A stretch of DNA of 64,000 nt, taken from the NCBI GenBank assembly GCA_010909165.1, contig VJWM01000193.1, positions 1 to 64,000 of the forward strand. The letters are read 5' to 3'. Both the position numbers and the translations under genes were made by a program. The DNA is from Anthoceros angustus. Taxonomy: Eukaryota > Plantae > Anthocerotophyta. Below, piece by piece: positions 22,928-36,400 of the stretch (position 1 is its first letter; each line of letters opens with the position of its first letter). The notes under the pieces are model-generated. The model was not told the DNA's origin, did not search any database, and saw nothing but the letters and a program-made list of their open reading frames with translations.

Positions 22928-24878
22928 TCAAACTATGTTCCTTGATTTTAGGAATTGCATTAGCGTCTGGTGGTCTGAGATATCCGAAATTCCATCCCAC
23001 AGCTGCTGCCTGCATAACATCCGACAGTTCCACTGTCGGCAAAAAACCCACAGACTCTGGTGTACGGGAAGAAGTTAAAAGAACTGAACTTGAAGTAAAA
23101 GAGACCAACAACCCGCCAAGTTTGGTTTATCACCTTTTCTTGGCCCATAAAAGCTCGTGAGAGATGAAGCTGAGAGTGACGATCAGCCCCACCATCTCCA
23201 TGGCACCGTCGACTGCCAAAAACGGCCAGAGCACGACATGCCATGAAATAAGCCCAAATCACCAATCACGTGCTGCAAGAGGGTGACATTCAAGGTGCCG
23301 CATACCTCCAGCGACAAAGCCACCTGCTCCCCCTCCTATAACGATAACGGGCATAGCTGCCTTAAGTGACTGATTGAGTGATTCGCGTCTGTCCTTCACC
23401 TGCGGGTCAGAACAGTTCAATCTAAAGGCAAGGACAACTGCGGATTTTGCCAGGACATCTCAGTTGATATCTTGACCAGGACACTCTAGACTCTCAAATG
23501 CCCTTGATCATCTCTTTTTTGGCTCAGTGCCTGCATCTGGATCTGCTTCGTAGTACACTCTGCCACTGCCAGCAGGAGGAAGCTGGCAAGCTCAAACCAC
23601 ATCACAAGCAGCCTCACCTTCGTATCAACACCTGCGAGAAGTTGTTTTGTTGTTTGATCTTGAGGTCTTGTCCCTCCAGGAGGGCTGAAATACTCAAAAC
23701 TGACGGGCCGAAACGCTTCCTGAGCCCTGTGTTCCACATCAGCTGCCAGCTCACAGGAACTACTTACAAAAACTGGAGTGTGGAAGCTCTAAACACCCTT
23801 CAAGAAATAAGCTAGCACACTACGAAGAAACAGAAGCAAGCTACAAGGTGAACCCATAATCCATTCAAGTGTAAGTAACGAAGGAACCTGCTTGAGACCA
23901 GAGGCCCTCAGGCTCAGGGTTTGATACATTGACGCGGTAGGCAGGAACTGGCTTCCAGACAGAATTGGCGACTTCTGTAGTCGGTCGGAAGTGGCTTGAT
24001 ATCCCTGCATACCCTTCCAGGTTTTTGGCCAGAGTGGGAGGGAGGTTAACAGAGGCAGGTGGCCTACCTCCGATACAAGCCCTTGTCTCCCACAGCTCCC
24101 CAGCAGGAGGAGCTTCTTTTGCTACAACCCAATAGTTACGAGGGATAGATTGTCCATCACTGATAACCTGCATGTCCTCCCAAGCAGTTAAGGTAGATCC
24201 CTCGGTTGCCTCAAATTCTGGCACAACTTCAGCATAAGCCATCAGGCCACCGGAAACAGTGGTCTCATCAGCCTCTTCGGAGTAGTGAGAACCAGTAGCA
24301 GCCGGAAAGAATCCCTCCCGGGACCTCTCATCTTCCTCAAAGTCTTCTTCAGAGACTGCTGTCCGGTCCATGTCGAACGATGAATGTGGGAATGCCTTCG
24401 ACTGCTCTGAAGAAATTGGCAGTAGCGACAGGTTTCGCATGCCCTTCCGACCTTGTGACCGAATAATCCCCGCAACAGCAACTACAGCAGCAGCAATAAC
24501 CGCAACACCAGCCGCAAGGGTTGGAGAGTTATTTCTCGGAGCTGGAACCGAAGATGGCACAATGTCTCCCTGCCACAAAGTGCTTGATTGCTGTGTCCCT
24601 CCCTGCACCGGCTCTGGGTTGCTTCTTTCTGTTGTGATATGCTGATGGACCATGACTGGGTCTATCTCCACCATTGGATCTTTGATGACTCTTGCCACCC
24701 ACTCCGCCGCTTCGCTTTCACTGGAAGTTGGCTTCTGTGTATGCCTCCCCCTCTTCACGTAACAGCGGGTGGAACTCAAAGGCGAGCTTTTCTGGAGCAA
24801 TGTGCTAACATACCGAACTCCAGGCAACGGCAACGTAACCTGATCGTATGCTGCGAAAACCATCATCCTGGAGTCCAT
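22928..24878 (-). CDS. Multi-exon gene for a probable plastid membrane protein with a CURT1/CAAD-like C-terminus
   Basis: Long first exon with a Ser/Thr/Arg-rich N-terminus and a TM segment (LAAGVAVIAAAVVAVAGII). Last three GT-AG exons (23306-23399, 23134-23212, 22928-23009) splice to AMPVIVIGGGAGGFVAGVDGAMEMVGLIVTLSFISHELLWAKKRQQLWDGISDISDHQTLMQFLKSRNIV*. Middle exons not resolved. Confidence 0.7.
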
Positions 24879-25316
24879 CTAGAGCATGCAATGGCTTCGG
24901 GTGACTCGCCCAAGAGCCTGAAGCAAAGGATATACATCGACCATTGTGGAGAATTATTTTATTTTATTTTACAGTTCATCACTCTGCCGGTCGTCCCTCC
25001 CCTCTCTACACCCGTCCCCAGTATTCCCCTTGGAAATCCCAAAACGCCCACCTCTTCTGTCCTCATAGTGTTTTGTACTTCTCTTCCATCCTACTTTTCA
25101 TCCTCCACTTCACCTCGGCTGATTGGCACTCTCCACAGGCTATCCATTTCTTCCTTTCTTCCCCTACATGATCCTGGTTTTTTCCGGATACGGTACAATC
25201 TGGAGCCTCAATGAATGCAAGGTGCGTGGGCGGGTTTTCAAGGAGCCAATTCAGCTCCATAAACAAGTAACATCCCCGGGAGCAAGTGCTCACGCATTCC
25301 GCTGCCATCCACTTGG

Positions 25317-25384
25317 CAAAGGTGAAGTATGAAAAGTTTTCCATTACCATCAAAGGTGAAGTATGAAAAGTTTTCCATTACCAT
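25317..25384 (+). repeat. Perfect 34-bp tandem duplication
   Basis: caaaggtgaagtatgaaaagttttccattaccat occurs twice in a row. Confidence 0.95.
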
Positions 25385-25769
25385 TCATGGGTCATGTATG
25401 CTTGTTAGAAGTTTGTGTGCCACACTTGGAAACAATATCAGAGTTAACCACCACCATGCTTTAGAACTATTAAATCCTGCACCTCTGAACGGAAAGATGG
25501 TATCACAGGATTTTTCACCTTTGGGTTTTTATCAATCGGTTTTTTCCCTTTTGTTTTTGGGGTAGATGGGTTTTTCCCATCTCTTTTTTGTAATAAAGTC
25601 TTCTTTCCCTCGATTTTTCACACGTCTTGAGTATGATGAGTTCAAAGCTATGGGATCTTCGATAGTACTTTGTAAGTTTTATTTTCAACTCTTTGATGAG
25701 TTTTTTTTGTAATTTATGGTACGATGGACTTGGAGGTTGATCAATTTCTAGCTTGTAATAAATCTAATA

Positions 25770-26116
25770 CCGTACCCCGAGGGGTGGTTCAACATGATAA
25801 TGTCGAAATAATTATTTTTTAAAAAATAAGGTTCAACATAAATATTTATATTTTTCAAAATTTCAAAATTTACAAAAAATAATTTTATCAAATTTCAACA
25901 TTTATTAAAATACATAGGTATATATATAAAACTAATGGATATGTATAGACCTCCCTAAATAGGCCCTAATTTTCCACACAAACCCTAGTTTCCTTATTTT
26001 TGGCATCATAAACTCATAAATTTTTACCTATTCAACATTTTAAGTATAATAATTTCTAGATTTTCAACTTTTACTAATTTTAATTAATTAACGCCGAATC
26101 ACCCCTTGGGGTACGG
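25770..26116. mobile_element. MITE (Tc1/mariner-type), 347 bp, ~21-bp TIRs, TA target-site duplication
   Basis: ta|ccgtaccccgaggggtggttc at the left and gaatcaccccttggggtacgg|ta at the right (19/21 match); AT-rich non-coding interior. Confidence 0.85.
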
Positions 26117-28039
26117 TAGTTAGAAAATTGCGGATCTGTGGGTGGCATTGATTGAGGAACCAACTACGTTCTATACATAACAATGTCAACCAACTATTAA
26201 ACGAGTGTCATGCCGTGTGATACTAATCTCAGCATCCACTTGGGTTTAGTGTTTGATTAGCATTGATTAATCCAATTATTTATCCTTACATAAGTAATTT
26301 GTATAAATTAATCTAAAGCACTTATGTTAATTATGCCTTGATTAGTGTTAATTAAACATTGTTAGCAATAGCTAAGTGGATATGCACAAGTAATATGCTT
26401 TGGTATATTCCTTGCATATTATAGTATATTCTTAGGATATTTCTGGCATATGCTGATGCCAATCTGGTATCTTAGGAATATGCCGATGGTAAGGGCTAGC
26501 AATATTTATAGACTCTTTCATACAGGACAAGCTTATATCATAGCTTGTCCTCTAGATATGCAATGGAAGAGGATATGCAATGCAAGAGTGTTGTGAGGAG
26601 ACCAAAGCTATGACTCCGAGAGCGATGTGTGACAAATTTATGTGTTGTTCTCGTGGGGAGAGTGTGTTTGTGCTACGACGTGTGAGCTACTCCCTCCTAA
26701 TGTTTGCTGGGTTGTCTGTTGAAAAAGTGCTCGTATGAATGCAAGTACGTACCTCGTGATTGGTTTGCACCTATATTTGCATATTATATTTGCTTTGCTT
26801 GGTTGTTTGTTGAGGAAGTGCTTATATGAATGCAAGTGCTTACCTCGTACGACACTATTCACACGAGTGGCAAGAGGAGATGGAAGCATTTAAGAATTTC
26901 AGATGCCCAATTAAAAGTGCAGTAACAATGGTGAGTGGGAGATACTTGCAGCTAACAGAAGCCACGGGTCTGGCTTGCAATATGCACCGTTGTAGGTGCA
27001 AGAACAAACAGTTCCTATAGAAGCACTTCTGAGAATGTGAGGCTTGTGAATTACGTTTAGTGGAAATGTTGGCACTTACCGCTCGCATGAAACCACCTAT
27101 TCAAAGGGGCTGTGAGGACCGCGGAACCTAAAATTATATCCTACTGCACAATGTTGAACCCGTCACTCGCTCCCTTTTTTTATCCATGCATGCAATGAAC
27201 GGGATTGATGAATGATTTTAACACCATAAACCTTCAAGAGGGGGAATTTACATGATGGGGGTTTTCTTGAAAATATGCGCCAAAGGGGGTTACACATGGG
27301 TCTCAAAACGACGAATAGCATGTTTTGGTGAAAGAACCACAAAAAGCAGGTGTCCCATACACGTTGTCCCCTTTACAATATGGGTACACGCCGTGGAAGG
27401 GTGCTCAAATCCTTTACCCATATGATGAAGGCAAATTAAGACCCACCGTCTGGCCGTTAATGCCGGGAAAGGATGCCGATGAACCTAGATTTGGGTCTCA
27501 CGGAAGAAAGTACGGTTGGCATGCAAAAACCATAGTCTTCTGCAAATTCGTTTTGATCTCAAGGGTTTGGCAAAGGGTTGAGGTCATGCATGGGTCCGTA
27601 TGCTTGGCGGCCTTGCCGGTGGAGCAGGCGCGGTCGGCGGCGCCTGCCTTGTCTATGGAGGTCACAGCTACTGATTCGGTTCTCCGCAGTACCACAAATT
27701 GAAGAACAAACACCACCTACGGATCGAAGATGGTTGGGATGACTGCAACAACGCTCCTATCTATCATCCTCGACAAATTTGTCCAGCTATGGACAACACG
27801 CCACTATAATCTTGGGGCACGATAACCGCCCAAACACATACTTAATTTATTGTGTTGCAAAACCACATATACGGATACGGTATTGTATTGCATTGAGGTG
27901 GTAATGGACCAAAAGCCAAACATGATTCACGCGCTTACCCTAACAAAGGCTCGGACAAGGAGTACAGTGGAATTTAGACCGGGTGAAGCTAGAACCCTAT
28001 ATTTATCTCAGCATGCGGGAACCATTGCCTCCTCTCCCA

Positions 28040-31000
28040 ATTCCTTCTCCATGGAAGCACGTTTACTCATCTCCGGAGGTCACTCCGTCATCGTCGCTCG
28101 GACCCTCGTCTGCACCATGGTCATCACTATCCTCAGGGGTACTTTCGGATGCTGGCTGAATAAACCCACGCAATTCATTCAACTTATCCTTTATCGCTTT
28201 CTTGTCAACAACATATAAATGTTTTCGAGCATTCAGCACGAATCCATAATAAAGGATTACCGTTTCGTTCACAAAGACCTGTTGAATATTTTTGGTATAC
28301 AAGGATTTGCTTCCTTTCTTCCCTAGCTTCAAGCCATGTTCGGTACCGCTTCCTGGAATTATATTTTCCTCAACATATCTTCCCTCATATGCATCCGTAT
28401 GCTCGGTCATATACCAATGAACGAGGAAGTGAGGTTTGGGCGACTCCAACTTCACATCTATGACCTTTCCAATCCAAAATGGTCATTGTGTGTGTTATAC
28501 ATTGAACGGAATGAACATTCCTTTATTGATCTCCAATATCGCCATTCAAAGCGTGTCATATCTTCTTGTTGCTTGCCCAAATTTCTATATGCCCAAATAC
28601 ATATCGCGTTGTGGAAGTTCGCATAGCAGGCTGCTACAAAGCCGCATCGGGCATGCATAAGGGCACTCTTGGCGTCGGCCTCCACTCTCGAAAACCACTT
28701 CCATGGTCGTTGCAACCAACCCGATATGGTTGTCCACAATTCTGACAATTTCTTCTGGTCAACCCAACTCCTCCCACCATGTGTACTCTTCCGTGTGGCG
28801 GAGCTCGATAACCCTCGCTTCAAGTAAGCAACGCCTCTGTTGCGTGAGACAAGCGGCGCCTTTTTATCTCTAGCCCATAAGGCTAACAAAGGAGCAGATT
28901 ATGACCTCCTGTGGCACAAACTTCAAAACTCCAAGCCTCCTTCGCTTCCCACAATGATGTTGAGTCGCTTACTCCGATTACATCACGACGCGGTTTCTCC
29001 TCGCGTGTTATCTTGAATTGATCTTTGGAGCAGATTATTCAATTTACTCACACGAATCGTCGCCCATCCCGTCTTATTGGCCATACATACTTAAGTCGGG
29101 AACTTGATCGATATCTTCACCTCCGGCCTTGGAGTGTACGCTCCTCGATAATAGTTGCCAATGCGGGCGGTGTGCGCTTCCTTGTGTTTCAAGCTTTTAG
29201 AGAAGCATGAAAACATCGATCAATTTGATCATGGGTGTGCCCAACTAGCGAAGCCCACCTTCACTTTCTCAAATGTTCCCATGTCTACCAACATGTTGAG
29301 ATACGCAAAGAGTAGTTGGTTCTTGTTCTCCGGCAAGTGTTGTCCAGTTGTAAGTACAACACTTTAGGCACCCATCATAATTGTGGATAACATCTTGAAT
29401 GATGTTTATAGTCAAATTGGCGTCATTGCGGAGGTTGGCATAATTGTGAGTGTAATTGTGAATCATGCACCCCACAACCTTTGAAATCGACATTCTTCAT
29501 CCAAATTCTTGACCACCGCAAGAAATGCGAAGCTCTTTTCTTGGTCCATTCCATCGATGGCCAATAACATATATTTGTGGGGCTCCACGTAGCTCTTGCT
29601 GCGATGCTTTGTCATCTTCGCTCGCTCGATTAAGCCGATCTCGATGGGCATCTAAGGCTGATATTTTCGCAAACAATTGGTGTTACGTTAGACATTCACA
29701 GCATTGCGGACATAGGATCATTGCAGATCATGGAACACCCAGTACTGCTGGTATGGCACCCGCCGTATCCGCAACATGAGAACTGTGCCGTTCAACCCTT
29801 AGGCCGAATGCTTTCTCGCCCACCAAAACCGTATAAAACAGATACACGGCAAAAGGAATCAAAAGTGGACTTTTTGGTGAAAGGCGCCGGCCCGCCGGCG
29901 TCATCCTCATACCACTCCGCGGGCTATCCACTAACAGTCTGCAAACCGCCTACCACTGTACAATTGCATCTTGGTGGGAGAGGAGAGGGCGCCGGCCGGC
30001 GCCTCTATCCGTGAGGCGGCCTCGGCAAAGCCGGTATGTTCAGCCATACCTCTTACTATGGAGTGCAATGCCATGAGGAGCATGGAAAACGTTCCTTCTT
30101 ACTACCCTAACCTTCCCGACACCTTTACCTTCCCACCCAAAGCTTCCTAGGTTGGCCAAGACACTTCCTCCTCTTCCCTACACCGGGACGCCTCTTCCAT
30201 AGAATGCACAAGCTGCGTAAACCCGAGAGGTGCTAAAGAGGAGTGGGCGGCGCGCCCACTCATTGGTCGAACGACATGGTAGCCTACTTCAATGAGCACG
30301 TCCCTTTCAACATGCCACACTCAAATTACAGAGAACACGATGTACTAACCACCTAAGACATGGAGAGTGTGCAGCACAAAGGACATAGAAGGACACATAA
30401 TGTACTCACCGAAAGGATTGGAGAATACCTTGGTCGACTTTAGCGATCGTGTTTCTAATTGTCGTTTTAATCCTGCAAAGCGAGCACGTGGAGAACTGTT
30501 GGACTTTGGAATCTTCACCCTGCTAAAGTTCTCCCTCCAAAGTTTCAAAAACCAAGCATAGGTGACAAACCGTTGACTGGAACCCTCACATTGCCGTTTA
30601 TATTTTGCCCAAATTTCGAACTTTGTGAATGTGTCTGGAAGATTGAATACATCAACATTGGGGAGCCTTTCCGCCATGAACAGGAATGCGCTGTCCATCC
30701 ACGCGATTGCACCCTGCGCATATGTAGACTGGTGTTTAGGGTTTGCTCTAAAGCCATCCCACGGTGCATGTGCAATAACCCTTCTCTTCAGCTCCTCATA
30801 CCTACTATGGCCAATGCAATATACCTGCGAAGGCTCGAGGCATCGCATTCGACCGACCCCATAGATGAGTCACAACTTTATCATTGTCTGGCCCCTGCGA
30901 TCGACGTGAACAAGAGATTCCGAAATGTCTCTGCTCCTCGCCCATTCGTAGAAACCGTATCTCGCTCCGCAACCTTTCTATAGTCAATTTGAACACACAT

Positions 31001-32300
31001 TTGGTTGCAGGCTTGCGGAAATCAAGAGACGCAGCTTCCGCATTTCCTCATCGGCACACCGGTAGCTCTTTTGACCAGTTGAAACAAGAGCCTTTGTTGC
31101 TATCAAGCTTTCGCTCAATGGCTTGGGATGGTATGATTGCGGGGCATGTCCACCTGCGGTGTTTGAAAGACGTCATCCTCCTCGTCGGCCGACACGCTTT
31201 CCGGAGGATACCTTCCCACTCATTGGTCGAACGACATGGTAGCCTACTTCAATGAGCACGTCCCTTTCAACATGCCACACTCAAATTACAGAGAACACGA
31301 TGTACTAACCACCTCGGACATGGAGAGTGTGCAGCCAGGACAAAGGACATAGAAGGACACATAATGTACTCACCGAAAGGATTCGGACAATACCTTGGTC
31401 GACTTTAGCGATCGTGTTTCTAATTGTCGCTTTTAATCCTGCAAAGCGAGCACGTGGAGAACCTGTTGGACTTTGGAATCTTCACCTGCTAAAGTTCTCC
31501 TCCAAAGTTTCAAAACCAAGCATAGGTGACAAACCGTTGATGGAACCCTCACATTGCCGCTTATATTTTGCCCAAATTTTGAACTTTGTAAATGTGTGGA
31601 AGATTGAACACATCAACATTGGGGAGCCTTTCCGCCATGAATGTCTGTCCATCCACGCGATTGCACCTGCATATGTAGGCATTGTTTAGGGTTTGCTCTA
31701 AAGCCATCCCACGGTGCATGTGCAATAACCCTTCTCTTGACTCCTCATACCTACTATGGCCAATGCAATATACCTGCGAAGGCTCGAGGCATCGCATTCG
31801 ACCGACCCCATAGATGAGTCACAACTTTATCATTGTCGCATGATCGACGTGAACAAGAGATTCCGAAATGTCTCCTGTCTCGCCCATTCGTAGAAACCGG
31901 TATCTCGCTCCCAACCTTTCTATAGTCAATTTGAACACACATTTGGTTGCAGGCTTGCGGAAATCAAGAGACGCTTCGCATTTTCCTTCGGCACAGTAGC
32001 GTCTTTTGACCAGTTGAAACAAGAGCCTTTGTTGCTATCAAGCTTTCGCTCAATGGCTTGGGATGGTATGATTGCGGGGCATGTCCACTGCGGTGTTTGA
32101 AAGACGTCATCCTCCTCGAGCCGCCTTTCCGGAGGATACCTTTCCCACGGTCATCCATAGTAGGAAATAAGTCGCCTCAATGCTTGAGGCCCTCCTACTC
32201 GGCGAGCAGTGTCCACTACTTTGTGCATTCTCATGCAATGAGCGGGCTCCTATCTAAGGCGGCATACAAATTGAGGTTTCTCGGTGTCAGGCACACCCCT
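28040..32300 (-). pseudogene. DDD-type transposase (DUF7869/Sola-like motifs), frameshifted as assembled, copy 1
   Basis: Across frameshifts: AWMDSAFLFMAERLPNVDVFNLPDTFTK...FLKLWRENFSRVKIPK(VQQFSTCSLC); HKYMLLAIDGMDQEK; NLTINIIQDVI; PKVLYLQLDNTCRENKNQLLFAYLNMLV..GTFEKVKVGF.LVGHTHDQID.MFS; C-terminal FWIGKV...FLVHWY...YEGRY. The 5' boundary is approximate. Confidence 0.75.
30257..32148 (+). repeat. Internal tandem duplication of ~0.95 kb in transposase copy 1
   Basis: cactcattggtcgaacgacatggtagcc starts at 30257 and again at 31217. Copy 2 has only one unit (~42546-43478). Confidence 0.9.
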
Positions 32301-33459
32301 CAGATGGTGAAGATGAACCTGCGGCGCCCATTGTGGCCACCATCGAACGAGCTGCAAATGCAAGCCACGGCATTGGTATGTAGGAACGGAATTCAAGCAA
32401 GTAGCAGACAGTTCGATTCTCTCCGGTTATACCTTGAATGCGTTGCCCTTTTGGGAAGGTAGAGGTCCACACACCACATGCCGAGACCGTATTTGAGGCA
32501 CGTTTAGTATCCTCCTCCTTTGTGCAACGTCCTCCTTGCGTTGTCTTGAATTCGAGCAGTCGCCCGTCGAGGCATTACTGCGGCGATGCACCCGACGGAT
32601 GGAATAGAGTCCGTCGGCATCTAAAGAAGCCCAAAACTCGGCAAATTGAGAACAGGACAATCCAAACCTCATCTCCATCCAAAGGATGAGTAGCATTCAA
32701 CATGTTTGTGAAGGGTGGTAAAACGCGACGACCTCAAGTGTCGGGCGAACACAAACCCTTGCGGCCGGAGTGCAAGGTTAAGGCAAACTTGGGTCAATCA
32801 TTCGGGACAAATGGGCGTTAATAGCGTATCGCTTAGATATGCGGCGCTTCATGGGACAAGGAATGGCGGCTTTAACTACATTGCATTTATGCTCGGCATC
32901 CCACATGGAATGATTGTGGCGCAATGGGGATTTTGATTACCATGATGGTGATACTTGTGGGTACTCCTACTTTGGTTTGGTGGAACTTGCTGCGAATGAA
33001 AAATAGTTCTACCGTTCCCATCCATACATACGAGTTTTCCGAGCGTTAGGTTTTGCTGGTACCTTCATGTGGATACGCTGGACATGATGTTTGAGCATCC
33101 TTTCAACCCTAATGTCGATGGGGTTATTATTGCCCTAGGAAGAAACAGATTATCTCTTTTACTGGAGCAAATCGGTGTTTGTAAGTCGAGGTGTGCATCG
33201 AGACACCGTCTCGAAGGGAACACTTCATGAAGAGTGCGCCCATTCGCGTCGTGGCGCTGTGAAGGTCGGGCGTTTTTCGCCGCCGCATCGGCCCGGGACT
33301 CCGCCGCGTGAAGCCGGAGCAATTGCGACGCCATCGCGCCGCCACGCCCTCCCTTGCCAACATCCTCTAATCCAAGGTCGATTACGGGTTTTGCTCTTCC
33401 ATCTTCCACCTCTCGAGCAAGAATTGCGGTCGTCATCTGTGGTTTGGGTGGCCTTCCAG

Positions 33460-36400
33460 ATGGCAATGGGTCGCAGGAGCAAGAAGGACCGGGCGATAGA
33501 ATCCACGATCACCGACCCCTTACAGGTGAGGAGATCAAAGCGCCGGGAAGGGAAGGCATCTGCCAAGGCGCCATGGATGCACCTCAAGGGCGGAGGGTCG
33601 GACCGATGGATGGAACAAGCTGGGCCCCGCTTGATTGGGTCGCAATTGGTAGGAGCGCGCGAATCAGGAGCCTTACTTAGGCTAGCACAACCAAAGGTCT
33701 TCCTCGGTGACAAGGAGACAAAGCCTGAGCGCGTGCCTATTCCATCCCCTTACAGCTTTGAGGAGACTGTCTACATACGAAGGCTTGGAGCACAGATGGA
33801 TTCCACACCTCTTTTGGATAAGGACTGGATGTTGGTTCAAGAATCGAGCCAGGATGAAGGTATTTCTGGACACCACTCTTCAAGTTGTGGATCATGGGAT
33901 ACAAGGATGCCTTGCCTAATCGCCGAGCGAGGGTTGGGTTGTGTGGGCGAACCGGATATGTGTCAAGGAGACCGGCCGCTCTCTGTATAACAAAGCCACG
34001 GGAGTTTGATGAAGTGCCACAAGGGCCCGAGCTATACAGCATTTGATCTCGTGTTCAACAACCGATCATCAAGAAATGCGAGCCCTGAGTGCGGATCTTT
34101 CGCGAATGTAGACGAGAACAAAGCGGTAATTGTTCAAGGCATTTTGGGGTAGTGAGACCTCTGTATGTTTTTTGATTGCTTTCGCTTGGTCTCTAACCAC
34201 AAATGTTGTGTCAACTGCAGGGGCCTCAAATTGGAAATGCATACATCAGGGCCCTATGTGCAGAAATCACACAATCGGTTGTTGAGCACAGAAGAGTCAT
34301 GTCCCTAAGGCGCACTCGAGCACAGCTGCGCGAAGTTGAGGAGGAACATCTCAGCTCAGATGATTGTGAAGAAGGAAGTGAGCTTGGACCGGAAGATGAA
34401 GACGATGGCCCTATTCCTGATATTCTCGGGCACAGCGATGATGATCATTCGGATGCGCAGAGGTTCGAGATCCGCGATCGTGGAGACCTTAGGGCTGCCC
34501 GGTGTTAGGTATGAGCGGAGGAGTGGAAGGGCGCCGGCCGGCCTGCGAGGAAGAGGCAACTCGGTTGGTGACCCCGATCCGGATTGGTTTGTGCGCTTCC
34601 CGGCAGTGCAGCCGGCCGGCGCCGGTCTGCGGTCATTCACAGGAAGCACCACGGCACAGGGCAAGCAGATCATGGTGATCATCAAGAGGCGGCGGCCGGC
34701 GCCCCTCTCCTTCCCTCCATGCAGGATGTGAGTGGGAATAAGAGCAGCAAAGGAAAAGGAAGGCAGTAGAGGGCCAGGCATCAGGCGAGAGGAGTCGTTC
34801 ACAGAGCTTGGAGCGGCTAGTGGACCAGGAGAAAAACCAATAGTATGCAAAAGGCGCAGGAGTTCTTGGAGGACATACCTTCCGTCCATGTATCAACGGA
34901 CAAGGAGCGGTTAGCGATGCTATTCGGGATGAAGACCCCTAACGCGCATTAGGAATCGGCCTATTCCAAAAGGTTGTTTTGGAGACAGTTTTGGTGAAGT
35001 TGGAGAACCTTGCATCACACCTCACACCGGATGCTCGATACGGAGGGTTGACGAAGCATGGACAAATTACTTGGCACGCGTGATTTCGAAGGGCAGGATT
35101 GAGGAAGGCGTATTGCCTCTATTATGTATGATTGACCCCGCAGAGTGTGAATACCTGAGCAAACTTGATTGGGACAAGTTCAGGGCAAAAAAATACGTCA
35201 TGGGGGTTCTTGGAGGCAACCACACCTATGCAGCGATGAAGCACCTGGCAGATATATGTCCCGGGAAGACTCGCCGACGTGGAGGCCCATGTGTATTGTG
35301 GGCTGACAGTGCAGGAAATGCGAATTCTTGCAACAGATCACAATGTGTTGTCTGACAGGAGGAAGAAAATGAATTTCATTGAGCAAGTCAGATATTTGAG
35401 GGACGAGCTGATTATCGCGAAACGTGACGGAGTGCACATGACCATGGCATGGAAGTTTAATCTGTACAAACTGCTAGGGTTGATTGACGACGATGAGGGG
35501 CGAGAAGACGATGTATATAAGCAGAACAAAGTGGACAACAGGACTCATATTTTGTGTATTAGCGGGAGGCGGTATGGGAGAATGTGGATAAGATTTTTAC
35601 AAAGTGGGAAGCCGGGAGCTTAGCAAAAGAAACATGTCGCGGTGGGCACGAGCAAGAAAGGCAAAGGAAAGCGGAAGGTCATCAAGAGTCAAAGAAAATC
35701 GATCGCATATGTGAAGTCAAGGATATGCTTGCAAAGCCTTGGAAATCGTTTCAAGGAATACCGTCCTGAATGCGCAATGATACTAATATCGAACGGAGAA
35801 GGTTCTTGCAGGCTTATTGACCTAAAGGGCATGGATGATGATATCACCCTCGGAAGAAATTTCACATCATCCAAGTGGCGATGGCGAAACACCTTGGGTG
35901 CTCATCGTTCGAGGAGGTGCGGAAAGAGTATCCCCATCATGCAACAGATAGTGTCTTGTACGGTTTCAAGATTTGCCGGAAAGGTGAGAAACACTTTCTA
36001 TTCAATAGTTCGTGGAGTTGGGTGTGTGGGCGTGTGTGGAGGCGCGGGCGGCGCCCTCCCTGAAGCCTGGCGATGGAGGCGCCGGCGGGCGGCGCCCTCC
36101 CTGAAGCTGGCGATGGGCGCCGGCGGCGCCCACTCCACCATGCCGCGGGCGCCTCCACCGAAGCTGGCGATGGAGGCGGCGGCGCCCTCCCTGAAGCCTG
36201 GCGATGGAGGTGCCGGCGGGCGCGCCCTCCCTGAAGCCTGGCGATGGAGGCGCCGGCGGCGCCTCCACCAGAAGCCCGGTGGATGGCGCGGCGGGCGCGC
36301 CCTCCCTGAAGCTGGCGATGGGCGCCGGCGGCGCCCTCCCTGAAGCCTGGCGATGGAGGCGCCTCTTTCGCACGCGACGATGTGGTTTTGTTTTAATTTG

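Noticed and set aside
32715-33200. Possible third gene between transposase and MTase (DYHDGDTCGYSY, faintly protease-like)
   Set aside because: No continuous frame or convincing catalytic motif in any of the three versions.
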